Source: an uncultured Acidimicrobiales bacterium
GTDB lineage: Bacteria; Actinomycetota; Acidimicrobiia; Acidimicrobiales; CAWCAL01
Direction of reading: 5' to 3'
NCBI GenBank assembly: GCA_963697385.1
Contig: CAVONU010000006.1
Coordinates: forward strand, 279,934-343,933
DNA: 64,000 nt
The translations under genes were made by a program, and so were the position numbers. Below, one piece after another: positions 1 through 9,578 of this stretch (the first letter of the stretch is position 1; each line of letters starts with the position of its first letter). The notes under the pieces are model-generated. The model was given only the letters and a program-made list of their open reading frames with translations, was not told the origin of the DNA and did no database searches.

Positions 1-1
1 C

Positions 2-589
2 ACGGCGGTCCCCGCGCCGTTCGACGTCGGGGATCACGACGCGGTCCGGACGGCTGTGGCCGCGGCGGGCGAGTCCCGTGGGCCGATCGACGTGCTCGTG
101 AACAATGCAGGCATCCCCCCGGGGATGGAGCTGCGGCCCTTCCGCGACACGGCCCCCGACGAGTGGAAGGCCTACTTCGACGTGAACACGCAGGGCGTCA
201 TGCACTGCTGTCACGCGGTGATCGACGGGATGCGACAGGGGGGTTGGGGGCGGATCGTCACGATCTCCTCAGGGGCGGCGACCATCGGCTCGCGCTTCGG
301 GACTTCGGTGTACGGGGCCAGCAAGGGGGGAGCGATCGCGTTCATGCGAAATCTGGCACTGGAGGAAGCGCGCGAGGGCATCACGGTCAACACGGTTGCG
401 CTGGGCATGATGGATGCTCGCGGCTCGGGGGACGCCGGTGTGCTCTCGGCGGCCTCGCGCTCGATTCCCGTCGGTCGACTCGGTCGGCCCGCCGACGCGG
501 GCTCGTTGTGCGTCTACCTGGCATCGGACGAGGCGGCGTGGATGACCGGCCAGACCCTTCAGCTCAATGGGGGTGCACCGACCACCTGA
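2..589 (+). CDS. SDR family oxidoreductase (FabG-like), 5' end outside window
   Basis: LVNNAG, YGASK (YxxxK) and C-terminal MTGQTLQLNGG motifs; frame open to the window edge. Confidence 0.9.
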   Translation, partial: TAVPAPFDVGDHDAVRTAVAAAGESRGPIDVLVNNAGIPPGMELRPFRDTAPDEWKAYFDVNTQGVMHCCHAVIDGMRQGGWGRIVTISSGAATIGSRFGTSVYGASKGGAIAFMRNLALEEAREGITVNTVALGMMDARGSGDAGVLSAASRSIPVGRLGRPADAGSLCVYLASDEAAWMTGQTLQLNGGAPTT

Positions 590-646
590 GGGTGCCGGTG
601 GTTTCGGTCGAGGGCCAGTCGGTACCACCGTCGGGGGCGTGGTCGC

Positions 647-1072
647 TCAGGGTGTGCAGTGGTCCCGCAGGTACCGGACCAGGTCGGTGGAGGTGACGAT
701 GCCGGCCAGCTTGCCGTCGTCGTTGACGACGATGACCGAGTGGAGCGATCCGTCGGACAGCGTGGATGCGGCGTCATAGACGCTGGCCGTCGCCGGCAGC
801 GTGCGCAGTTCCTCGGTCATGGCGTCGTCGATGTTGAACTGGTGGTCGAGCATGGTCCGCAGCATGCGGTCATCGGACCCGTCGATGTCGTAGACGAGGC
901 GCAGGATGTCGGACGCGGAGACCATGCCGACCGGCTTGTCGCCGTCCAGCACCGGCACGTGGTGGAACGGGGCACCGTCCAGCAGGTCGTAGACCTCCGA
1001 GATCGGCTGCGAGCGCTGCACGTACGTGGGTTGTGATGTCATCACGCTTTTGATGGGCTCACGCTTCGTCAT
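647..1072 (-). CDS. CBS-domain pair protein
   Basis: Two CBS repeats (HHVPVLDGDKPVGMVSASDI; HSVIVVNDDGKLAGIVTSTDL); TACCGT -10 box 7 nt before the ATG. Confidence 0.9.
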   Translation of the reverse strand: MTKREPIKSVMTSQPTYVQRSQPISEVYDLLDGAPFHHVPVLDGDKPVGMVSASDILRLVYDIDGSDDRMLRTMLDHQFNIDDAMTEELRTLPATASVYDAASTLSDGSLHSVIVVNDDGKLAGIVTSTDLVRYLRDHCTP

Positions 1073-1118
1073 GTACCCGACGGTAATTTGTCCCAGGCCA
1101 TCAGCGACAATGCGAACG

Positions 1119-2456
1119 TCAGCGGCGCTTCATCGCTTCTCGAGCGGCGACCGCAACCGGGTCCCACACCGGAGAGAAGGGTGGGGCGTAGGCCAGATCG
1201 AGCTCCAGGATCTGGTCGATCGTCATGCCCGCCGTGATCGCCACGGCGCAGGTGTCGATCCGCTTGGCCGAGTCACCGCCACCCACGATCTGGGCTCCGA
1301 GGAGCCGACCGGTGGCACGATCCACGACGAAGGTCACGGTCATGTCGGCGACCCCCGGGTAGTAGTGCGCCCGAGTGGGCGAGGTGATCGAATGGGTCAG
1401 GACGTCGAAGCCCGCGGCGGTGGCCTGCGCGGTGCTGGCCCCGGTGAGGGCGATCTCGGTGTCGCACGACTTGGTGATGGCCGTGCCCAGCACCCCGCCC
1501 ATGCGAGCGTCGCCGCCGCCGATGTTGATGCCGGCGATCCGGGCTTGCTTGTTGGCGTAGGTACCGAGCGCGATGTGCACGGGCTCGCCGGTCACGAGGT
1601 GGGTGCTCTGCACACAGTCGCCCGCGGCCCAGATCCCCTCCACCGAGGTTTCCATTCGGTCGTCGACGACGATGGCGTCGCGCACCCCGAGGTCCAGTCC
1701 CGCGTCGGCGGCCAGCTGCGAGTTGGGACCCAAGCCGATCCCCAGGACGACGAGGTCGGCCGGGATGGTGCCGTCGGACGTGTGGACCATGCCCGGCTCG
1801 AAGCCCTCCACCGCCGTGTCGGTACGAAGGTCGATGCCCCGCTCCGTCATCGCTTCGCCCACCATGGCGCTCATCTCCGGGTCGAGGAGCGTCAACGGGT
1901 GCGGAGCCATCTCGACCACGATGGGGGTGCGGCCGCGGTGGAGAAACGCCTCGGCCATCTCGAGCCCGATGTAGCCGGCCCCCACCACGACGATGTTCTG
2001 CGTCGCGTCGTCCTCGATCGCGGCCAGCAGATCGGCCGCGCCGTCGAGGCCGTGGACGCCGTGGACGAAGGGCAGATCGATGCCGGGGAACGGTGGGCGG
2101 ATCGGCGTGCCGCCCGTGCCGATGAGCAGTTGGTCGAACTCGAGCGTGAACCTCTCGTTCCCGTCCAGGTCGTGCACGTCCACGGTGCGCGCCGCCGTGT
2201 CGATCGCGGTCGCCTCGTGACGGGTGCGCAGGTCGAGGCCCTTCTCACGATGTTGCTCGGGGGATCGGGCCACCAGCTGTTCGATGCCACCCTCGACTTC
2301 TCCGCCGACGAGGAAGGGAATCCCGCAGGCCGCGTAGCTGGTCCGGTTGCTCTTCTCGAGGGCGATGACCTCGGCGTCCGGTGCGCCCTTCCGGATCTGG
2401 GAAACGGCCGCCATGCCTGCCGCGTCTCCCCCGATGATGACGATGCGTTGTGCCAT
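1119..2456 (-). CDS. FAD-dependent pyridine nucleotide-disulfide oxidoreductase (CoA-disulfide reductase/NADH oxidase type)
   Basis: IIGGDAAG FAD motif, SYAACG redox Cys, GAGYIGLE NAD motif, WAAGDC, C-terminal YAPPFS. Confidence 0.9.
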   Translation of the reverse strand: MAQRIVIIGGDAAGMAAVSQIRKGAPDAEVIALEKSNRTSYAACGIPFLVGGEVEGGIEQLVARSPEQHREKGLDLRTRHEATAIDTAARTVDVHDLDGNERFTLEFDQLLIGTGGTPIRPPFPGIDLPFVHGVHGLDGAADLLAAIEDDATQNIVVVGAGYIGLEMAEAFLHRGRTPIVVEMAPHPLTLLDPEMSAMVGEAMTERGIDLRTDTAVEGFEPGMVHTSDGTIPADLVVLGIGLGPNSQLAADAGLDLGVRDAIVVDDRMETSVEGIWAAGDCVQSTHLVTGEPVHIALGTYANKQARIAGINIGGGDARMGGVLGTAITKSCDTEIALTGASTAQATAAGFDVLTHSITSPTRAHYYPGVADMTVTFVVDRATGRLLGAQIVGGGDSAKRIDTCAVAITAGMTIDQILELDLAYAPPFSPVWDPVAVAAREAMKRR

Positions 2457-2606
2457 GCGCCCGACGATACGGAGCCGGAGGACGAGACGACCACGCGTCC
2501 CGCGGCGGGTCCCGTCGCGTCGATCGTGCCGGTCCGGAGTGACCCGGGGCTCGGCCGGAACGCGGTCGGAGGAAGGCGCTGGCGGCCCGGAGATCGACTA
2601 CGTTGC

Positions 2607-2620
2607 TGACACCCATGTCA
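2607..2620. promoter_or_regulatory. Putative palindromic operator TGAC-ACCCAT-GTCA
   Basis: Perfect match to the recurring motif, in a divergent intergenic region just after TACGTT. Confidence 0.7.
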
Positions 2621-2636
2621 AGTTCGAACGACGAAC

Positions 2637-3449
2637 GTGCGCACCGTGGAGCGGCCGGTGGGTGACCCCGGGATCACCGTGACCGCGGATGGCCCCGTGC
2701 GCGTCGTGACGCTCGACCGCCCCGACGCGCTCAATGCCGTCGACGAGTCGCTCCACACGGCTCTGACCTCGTTGTGGGACGATCTCGCGGCGGATGAGGA
2801 CGCGGCGGCGGTCGTGCTGACCGGCGCGGGTCGCGCCTTCTCCGCCGGAGGCGACCTCGACTACATCCGGCGGTTCCCGGACGAGCCCGAGCTGCGCGGC
2901 CGGACCATGAACGAGGCGCAGGTGATCCTGTGGAAGATGGTGCGATTCCCTCTCCCGCTGATCGCCGCCGTCAACGGCCCGGCGGTGGGTCTCGGGATGA
3001 GCCTGGCGCTGGCGGCCGACATCGTGCTCGCGTCCGATCGGGCGTCGTTCGCCGACCCGCACGTCTCGGTGGGATTGGTGTGCGGCGACGGTGGCGCAGC
3101 CCTCCTGCCACTGGTCGCACCGCTGTTGCGGGCCAAGGAGCTGCTGTTCACCGGCGATCGGATCGATGCCGACACCGCGGTCGAGCTGGGCATCGCCAGC
3201 CGCGTGATACCGCATGGGCGGTTGCTCCCCGATGCCGTCGCCCTGGCTCACCGGATCGCGGTGCAACCCCGGTTTGCGCTCCGGCAGACGAAGCGGGCCA
3301 TCCAACTCGGGATCGAGCGGTCGATGACCGGAGTGGTCGAGGCGGCGGCGGCCGCGGAACTGGAGTCGATGGCGACCACCGAGCACGCGGTACGGATCCA
3401 GGCCATGCTCGACGACCGAGCCCGTTCGATCCCGAAGGAAACCCGGTGA
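2637..3449 (+). CDS. Enoyl-CoA hydratase/isomerase family
   Basis: LDRPDALNA, AFSAGGDL and AAVNGPAVGLG crotonase motifs; start uncertain by a few codons. Confidence 0.9.
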   Translation: MRTVERPVGDPGITVTADGPVRVVTLDRPDALNAVDESLHTALTSLWDDLAADEDAAAVVLTGAGRAFSAGGDLDYIRRFPDEPELRGRTMNEAQVILWKMVRFPLPLIAAVNGPAVGLGMSLALAADIVLASDRASFADPHVSVGLVCGDGGAALLPLVAPLLRAKELLFTGDRIDADTAVELGIASRVIPHGRLLPDAVALAHRIAVQPRFALRQTKRAIQLGIERSMTGVVEAAAAAELESMATTEHAVRIQAMLDDRARSIPKETR

Positions 3450-4273
3450 CGGAAGCCGGCGCGAGTGCCGACGAGCTCGGGTTGTTCCTCGCGGCCCTGG
3501 ATCTCACGTCGATTGGCGAGCGACGATGGACCGGCACCAACACGGCCGACGGTCACGGCGTCATCTTCGGCGGTCAACTCCTGGCCCAGACGATCATTGC
3601 CGCCAGCCGCTCCGCAGGCGGCAAGCATGTTCGCTCGGTCCACACCGTGTTCGCCCGTGGTGGTGCCCGCGACCACGGGGTGACCATCGAGGTGGAGCCG
3701 ATGCACGCTGGTCGGTCGTTCGCCAGTGCGTCGGTCTCGATCGGCCAGAGGGAGCGCTTGTGCTGCCGCTCCCTGGTGCTCCTCGATGCGCCCGACGACG
3801 ATCTGATCCGGCACCAGGCGCCGTTCCCCGAGGTCGCCCCACCGCCGGTCGATGGCGACGATCGTTGGTGGCAGGTGGCGCCCGTCGGCGATGTCGACCT
3901 GATGGACCCGAGGGTCGGTCCAGCCGAACTGGCGGTGTGGATCCGCTTCCCGGGAGCGCCGACCGACGAGCCGACGGCGCAGGCGATGCTGGCCTACGCC
4001 AGTGACGGCTTTCTCATCGGCACCGCCATGCGGCCCCACGACGGTCTGGACCAGTCGATGGCCCACGTGTCGGTGGCGACGACGGTCCTCACCCACACCG
4101 TCAGCTTCCACGAGCGGTTCGATGTCGGGAACTGGTTCCTGCTGTCACAGGAGAGCACCTACGCCGGCGGTGGCCGAGCCTTCGGTCGAGGCGAGGTCCA
4201 CACCCCCGGGGGTCGGCACGTGGCGTCGTTCGTGCAGGATTCGATGCTGCGGGCCATGCCCGAGCAGAGCTGA
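3446..4273 (+). CDS. Acyl-CoA thioesterase II (TesB-like double hotdog)
   Basis: IFGGQLLAQ, GRSF, LAYASD, GRAFGRG and ASFVQD motifs; GTG overlaps the upstream TGA. Confidence 0.88.
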   Translation: MTEAGASADELGLFLAALDLTSIGERRWTGTNTADGHGVIFGGQLLAQTIIAASRSAGGKHVRSVHTVFARGGARDHGVTIEVEPMHAGRSFASASVSIGQRERLCCRSLVLLDAPDDDLIRHQAPFPEVAPPPVDGDDRWWQVAPVGDVDLMDPRVGPAELAVWIRFPGAPTDEPTAQAMLAYASDGFLIGTAMRPHDGLDQSMAHVSVATTVLTHTVSFHERFDVGNWFLLSQESTYAGGGRAFGRGEVHTPGGRHVASFVQDSMLRAMPEQS

Positions 4274-4282
4274 AGGACCACC

Positions 4283-5452
4283 GTGGACCTCGAGCTCGAT
4301 CAGGACCAGGTGGCGCTCGCCGGCTCGGTGCGCGATGTCCTGGCGCGCGAGTGGCCGGCCGTGGCGTTGCGCAACCTGGTCGAGCGCGGGGTGGGTGCCG
4401 AAGGGCTGTGGGCCAGGATGATCGATCTCGACTGGCCGGCTCTGTGTGTCCCGCAGGGTGCCGGTGGCCTGGGCTACGGCGCCGTCGAGGCCAACCTGGT
4501 CCACGAAGGATGCGGCGCCGCCATCGTGCCGGGACCGCTGTTTGCCACCACCGCACTGTTCGCTCCAGTGGTGCGAGCGTTGGGCTCCGACCGGCAGCGG
4601 ACCGAGCTGCTCGGTGCGGTGTCCCGGGGGAGCGCCACCGGTACCGCAGCTCTCGGCGCGTTGCCGACGACCGGTGGCGACGAGGACGCGGTCGCCGGAG
4701 CGCTCACGGCGACGGCGGTGGGGGACGGCGACGGGTGGCGCCTGTCGGGAACGCTGCATGCGGTGATCGAAGGCGGCGGCGTCGACCGCATCGTCGTGCC
4801 CGCTGCCATCCGGTCTGGCGGAGCGGTGCGCGACGTGGTTGCGTTCGCCGTCGACCGCACCGCGGCGGGCGTCGTGACCGAACCCGTCCGAGCCCAGGAT
4901 CGCACTCGTCGGCTCGCCACGGTCCACCTTCGCGACGTTTCGATGGCCGCGAGCGACGTGCTCGGAGCGGGCGCGGCCCCGGGTGACGGGGCAGCGCTCC
5001 GGCGAGCGGTCGATGAATCCGTCACCGCCCTGGCCGCCGAGCTGGTGGGCACGTGCTCGACCATCTTCGATACGACCCTCGCCCACGCCAAGACGCGGCA
5101 CCAGTTCGGGGTCCCGATCGGGTCGTTCCAGGCCATCAAGCACCGACTGGCCGACGCCTACCTCGCGCTCGAAGCGGCGCGCGCCGCGGTGCTGGTCGCC
5201 GGCGCGGCCATCGCGGAGGACGACGCCCGCCGCACCGTCGCCGCGTCCACGGCCAAGGCGCTGGCCGGTGACGCGGCTGGCCTCCTGTGCGCCGAGGGAA
5301 TCCAGCTGCTCGGCGGCATCGGCTTCACCTGGGATCACGACATGCACCTCCACGTCAAACGCGCCATGGGCTCGAGTGCCCTGCTGGGCTCGGCGGAAGC
5401 TCATCGACAACGGGTTGCGACCCTGATCGGGCTGGAGGGGGAGCGGACATGA
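4283..5452 (+). CDS. Acyl-CoA dehydrogenase (heteromeric partner-subunit type)
   Basis: RHQFGVPIGSFQAIKHRLAD, IQLLGGIGFTWDHDMHL; lacks the SEPxAGSD motif. Confidence 0.9.
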   Translation: MDLELDQDQVALAGSVRDVLAREWPAVALRNLVERGVGAEGLWARMIDLDWPALCVPQGAGGLGYGAVEANLVHEGCGAAIVPGPLFATTALFAPVVRALGSDRQRTELLGAVSRGSATGTAALGALPTTGGDEDAVAGALTATAVGDGDGWRLSGTLHAVIEGGGVDRIVVPAAIRSGGAVRDVVAFAVDRTAAGVVTEPVRAQDRTRRLATVHLRDVSMAASDVLGAGAAPGDGAALRRAVDESVTALAAELVGTCSTIFDTTLAHAKTRHQFGVPIGSFQAIKHRLADAYLALEAARAAVLVAGAAIAEDDARRTVAASTAKALAGDAAGLLCAEGIQLLGGIGFTWDHDMHLHVKRAMGSSALLGSAEAHRQRVATLIGLEGERT

Positions 5453-6195
5453 GCGACGCTCAGCCCCGCCGAGCCCTCGTCACCGGGGGGAGCAGCGGCA
5501 TCGGCCTCGCGGTCGGCCGGATGCTCGCCGATCGCGGCGACGAGGTCGTCCTCAACGCTCGACGCGCCGGACCCCTCGCGGAGGCGGCAGCGTCCATCGG
5601 GGTACGAGGGGTCACCGGAGATTGCGGCGATGAGGACGACGTGGCCAGGCTCGCCGAGGCCGTTGGCCCTGTCGACCTCCTCGTCCACGCCGCCGGGACG
5701 ATGGACGGGACGTTCGTCCGCAAGGAGTCGGTCGCCACGTTCGATGCGGTGCTGCGGGCCAACCTCCGTTCGGCCTTCCTGGTCACGAACGCCGTGCTCG
5801 GAGCGATGCCGCCCGGCGGTCGGATCGTGTTCGTGTCGTCGTCCTCGGCGCACGCGCCCCAACCGGGCAAGTCGGCCTATTCGGCTTCGAAGGCGGGCCT
5901 GAACGCGTTCGCTCTTGCGCTGGCCGGCGAGGTCGAGCGGGACGGGATCGCGGTGCACACGGTCACGCCGGCCCCGGTCGCCACGCCGATGCTGGACTCG
6001 GTGCATTTTCCCATGCATGCTCTGGAGACCGACCAGGTCGCAACCGCGATCGTGTGGCTCGACACGCTCGACCCCTCGATCGTGCTCCCCGAGCTGGAGA
6101 TGCGCGCCACCACCGTGGGTCCGTTCGCCCCCGAGCTCCACGTTCCCGAAGCGGCGAGAGCGCTGGGACGCACCACCACGGACGACCCATCATGA
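5449..6195 (+). CDS. SDR family oxidoreductase
   Basis: VTGGSSGIG, YSASK; ATGA overlap with the upstream gene. Confidence 0.9.
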   Translation: MSDAQPRRALVTGGSSGIGLAVGRMLADRGDEVVLNARRAGPLAEAAASIGVRGVTGDCGDEDDVARLAEAVGPVDLLVHAAGTMDGTFVRKESVATFDAVLRANLRSAFLVTNAVLGAMPPGGRIVFVSSSSAHAPQPGKSAYSASKAGLNAFALALAGEVERDGIAVHTVTPAPVATPMLDSVHFPMHALETDQVATAIVWLDTLDPSIVLPELEMRATTVGPFAPELHVPEAARALGRTTTDDPS

Positions 6196-6617
6196 CCGTG
6201 AATCACGTCGGTCTCCGGGTGCGTGATCTGGCCGTTTCGACCCGCTTCTACGGAGCGCTGGGGTTCATCGAGGCCCTGGCCATGGACGTCCCCGACGAGC
6301 CCACCCAGCGCCTGCTGCGCGTTTCCCGACCGGTGGGCCTCCGCGCGGTCTATCTCACCAACGGCACGTTCGTACTCGAGCTGCTCGACTTCTCCGGGCA
6401 TCCCTCCGGACCGGTCGACCGGGCCATGACCGACACCGGGCTCACCCACCTGTCGCTGGGCGTGAAGGACGTCGCGGCAGCGAAAGCGGTGGTTCGCGAG
6501 CAAGGCGGTGAGGTGCTCGAGGACACCGACGTGGACGTCGCCGTGATGGTGCGCGATCCCGACGGCCAGCTCATCGAACTGCTCGACCTCGCCTACCGGC
6601 CGGTCACCCCCGAGTGA
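6192..6617 (+). CDS. VOC (glyoxalase/methylmalonyl-CoA epimerase-like) family protein
   Basis: NHVGLRVRDL, THLSLGV and RDPDGQLIEL metal-ligand pattern; ATGA overlap. Confidence 0.85.
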   Translation: MTVNHVGLRVRDLAVSTRFYGALGFIEALAMDVPDEPTQRLLRVSRPVGLRAVYLTNGTFVLELLDFSGHPSGPVDRAMTDTGLTHLSLGVKDVAAAKAVVREQGGEVLEDTDVDVAVMVRDPDGQLIELLDLAYRPVTPE

Positions 6618-8328
6618 GGGACCCGGCGACCAGGTCGGTGGCCATCCGGGTGAGCGTCCGACGGTCGGGCTTCTGGCTGCTGAGGTAGGGCACGTCGGTG
6701 GCCTCGATCACGAAGGTGTGACGCGGCAGCTTGTAGGACGACAGCAGGTCGCTGAGCGCGGCGTGAAGGTCGTCGGCCGACGGCGCGGCCCTCTCGTGGG
6801 CGACGACGAGGGCGACCACGTCCTGGCCCCGCTCGGGGTGCTCCACGCCGACGACGAACGCCTGATTCACCGAGGGCTGCGAGGCGAGGGCCTTCTCGAC
6901 CTCGGGCGGGGCCACGCTGGAGCCCTTCGACTTGATCAGATCGGACTGACGCCCGGTGAAGAAGAACCACCCGTCGCGGAAGCGACCCCGGTCACCGGTG
7001 TGGTACCAGCCGTCGGCGTCGAACACCTCGTCCCGCTCGTGCTTGTACAGGCCGTACATCAGGCTGTCGCCGCGCACCAGGACCTCGCCCTCGTCGCCCT
7101 CCGCCACGTCGTGGCCCGCAGGGTCGACGATGCGGTGCTGCAGGCCGGGCACCTGATGGCCGAAGGCGCCCCGGTACTCCTCGGGACAGCCGTGGAGATC
7201 GTCGTCGAGGGTCCAGAAGGTGTGCGGCCCGCCGGTCTCGGACATGCCCAGCGACGTGACGGCCAGCGTGGGGTCGTCGGGGCGGGAGTCGGGCCGGCGA
7301 CCCTCGTAGAAGGTGCCGAGCCGAAGGTGCGACAGGTCGGTGGAGGCGAAGTCGGGATGGGACGCCATGGCGGCCCCCGCAGCGGGCCACGCGCTGACGC
7401 AGGTGATCTGCTCTCCGCCGATGAGCGACAGGGCCTGGTCGAGAGCGAAGCGTGCCTGGGTGACGAAGGCGGCACCGACCGAGAGCGCACGAAGGAGGGT
7501 GAACGAGAACCCGCCGACCCAACACAGGGGCATCGGTGTCCAGATGCGGTCGTCGGGACCGATGCCCGACATGGCGGCGAGGTTGCGGGCGTGACGGAGC
7601 AGCGGGCCATGACCGTGGACGACGCCCTTCGGTTCACCGGTCGATCCCGAGGTGTAGGTGACGAGCATGGGGTCGGCGGGAACGACGTCGTCCTCCATGG
7701 CGGTCACGATCGTGGCCAGGTGGGCGTCGACGGGCTGGTCGAGGTCGACGCCGGCGCCACCCGCCGCCCACGCGTGCCGGTCGTCGGCCTCCCACCACAG
7801 GATGTGTCGCAGCTGGGGCAGCGTCGGCAGCAGGAGGGGCATCGAGCCGTCGGACCCGTCGAGATCGGGAGCGATGTCGAGGAGCCTCTGGACGTAGTCG
7901 TGGGGCTCGAAGTGCGTCGTGGCGATCAGCACCTGCACGTCGGCGTGGCGCAGCATGGTCGCCAGTTCGGGGGTCTTGGAGAACGTGTTGACCGGCGTGA
8001 GGATGGCCCCGATGCGAGTGGCAGCCGCCCACGTCACGACCCAACCGATCCCGTTGGGCAGCAGGACCCCCACCCGGGTCCCCTTCCCGACCCCGTGGGA
8101 CACGAGGCGAGCGGCGAGCGCCGCCGATCGTCGATCGAGCTCGGCGTAGGTGAGGTGGTCGTCGGACGTCGCCACCGCCAGGGCACCGGGATGATGGGCG
8201 ACCGCGTGACGGAGGAGGTGGGCCACGGTGGGGACGTGATCGGGCGCCACCCGCCGTGAGGAACCCTCCCACGCGGCACCGGCCGCGGGCCCCGGCGCGG
8301 GTGCAGGTGGTCCCGCCGGCGACCCCAT
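6604..8328 (-). CDS. Acyl-CoA ligase (AMP-binding enzyme)
   Basis: YTSGSTGEPKG, LGMSET, WYHTGD, SYKLP; TGATG overlap with the P450 stop. Confidence 0.9.
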   Translation of the reverse strand: MGSPAGPPAPAPGPAAGAAWEGSSRRVAPDHVPTVAHLLRHAVAHHPGALAVATSDDHLTYAELDRRSAALAARLVSHGVGKGTRVGVLLPNGIGWVVTWAAATRIGAILTPVNTFSKTPELATMLRHADVQVLIATTHFEPHDYVQRLLDIAPDLDGSDGSMPLLLPTLPQLRHILWWEADDRHAWAAGGAGVDLDQPVDAHLATIVTAMEDDVVPADPMLVTYTSGSTGEPKGVVHGHGPLLRHARNLAAMSGIGPDDRIWTPMPLCWVGGFSFTLLRALSVGAAFVTQARFALDQALSLIGGEQITCVSAWPAAGAAMASHPDFASTDLSHLRLGTFYEGRRPDSRPDDPTLAVTSLGMSETGGPHTFWTLDDDLHGCPEEYRGAFGHQVPGLQHRIVDPAGHDVAEGDEGEVLVRGDSLMYGLYKHERDEVFDADGWYHTGDRGRFRDGWFFFTGRQSDLIKSKGSSVAPPEVEKALASQPSVNQAFVVGVEHPERGQDVVALVVAHERAAPSADDLHAALSDLLSSYKLPRHTFVIEATDVPYLSSQKPDRRTLTRMATDLVAGSLTRG

Positions 8329-9578
8329 CAGAAGGGCCGCTCGGTGGGCCCCAGTCGTGGGCCCGGGGTGAACGCCACCGGCAGGCTCACCAGGCCGTTG
8401 AGGGTGGGATTGCCGTCGTAGCCACGCACCGGCGCCGTGACCTCGTAGTCGGGGATGCGCTCGAGTATCTCGCGCAGGAGGATCCGGAAGATCGACCGGG
8501 CCAGGTGCATCCCGATGCACCGGTGCACCCCGACGCCGAACGCCAGGTGGGGGTTGGGCGCCCGATCGACCACGACGGTGTCGGGATCGGGGAACCGATC
8601 GGGGTCGCGGTTGGCCGACAGCCAGCTGAAGAGCACGACGTCGCCGGCGCTCAGCGGCACGCCACCGAGCTCGGTGTCACAGCTGACGGTGCGGCTGAGC
8701 GACTCGTTCACCGAGAAGAACCGGAGGAACTCCTCGGTGGCGACCGCCTCGATCTCGGGTTCGTCGATCAGCTGCTGCCGGAGCTCGGGGTGGGTGGCCA
8801 GGTGATGCAACGAGAGCGACGTGAGCGATGCCGTCGTGTCGAGCCCGCCTCCGATGAGGTTCCAGAGGACCGACGTGACGGCGTCATCGTCCAGCGGTGC
8901 CCCGTCGACCTCGAGCTGTACCAGCGCGGTGAGCAGGTCGTCGGCCGGCTCCCTCCGACGTTGCTCGGCTTCCGCGTGCATCCGCTCGAGCATGAGCGGG
9001 ACGCGGGCCACGGCCTCGCGATGAGCGGGATCGTCGGGGGCGCGGGCGATGGTGTTGTGGAACAGCTCGGCGTAGGCGATCCAGTCGTCGAGGGGGAGTC
9101 CGATGAGCGCCATCGTCGCGATCGCCGGGACCGGACTGGCGTAGTCGTCGACCAGGTCCATCGTGCCCGACTCGATCCGCTCGTCGAGGAACCACCGGGC
9201 GGCGGCACACACGAGAGGCTCGGCCTCGGTGACGGCCTGCGGGAGGACGAACGGTTGCATCACCCGTCGAAGGGCGGCGTGGTGGGCCCCCTCGACCTCG
9301 GCGATGCCCGCCGGCGGGATGTGCCTCGATCGGGGAACGCCGGCGATGCCGCGGTAGTCGATCCCGTCGGGAGCGCCCGGCTCGAACCGCGACGAGAAGG
9401 TGGTGCTGTCGCGCGAGACCGTGGCGACCTCGTCGTAACCGGCCACCGCCCAGAAGCCGCCGTAGTTGGGGTTCCACGCGACGGGACAGGTGCGGCGGAG
9501 CTCAGCCCAGCGGCGGAGGCGATCGGCATGGAAGTCCGGATCGTGGTGGTCGAAGTCGACGGTGGGTTCCGGTGTCAC
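8328..9578 (-). CDS. Cytochrome P450
   Basis: GGLDTT I-helix, EEFLR (ExxR), FGVGVHRCIG heme motif; GTG overlaps the upstream stop (ATG 9590 alternative). Confidence 0.93.
   Translation of the reverse strand: MTPEPTVDFDHHDPDFHADRLRRWAELRRTCPVAWNPNYGGFWAVAGYDEVATVSRDSTTFSSRFEPGAPDGIDYRGIAGVPRSRHIPPAGIAEVEGAHHAALRRVMQPFVLPQAVTEAEPLVCAAARWFLDERIESGTMDLVDDYASPVPAIATMALIGLPLDDWIAYAELFHNTIARAPDDPAHREAVARVPLMLERMHAEAEQRRREPADDLLTALVQLEVDGAPLDDDAVTSVLWNLIGGGLDTTASLTSLSLHHLATHPELRQQLIDEPEIEAVATEEFLRFFSVNESLSRTVSCDTELGGVPLSAGDVVLFSWLSANRDPDRFPDPDTVVVDRAPNPHLAFGVGVHRCIGMHLARSIFRILLREILERIPDYEVTAPVRGYDGNPTLNGLVSLPVAFTPGPRLGPTERPF

Noticed and set aside
596-630. Short hairpins (CGGTGGT/ACCACCG here; also about 58255-58274 and 63281-63296)
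   Set aside because: Stems of 6-7 bp are expected by chance at this GC content; possibly weak terminators, but not supportable
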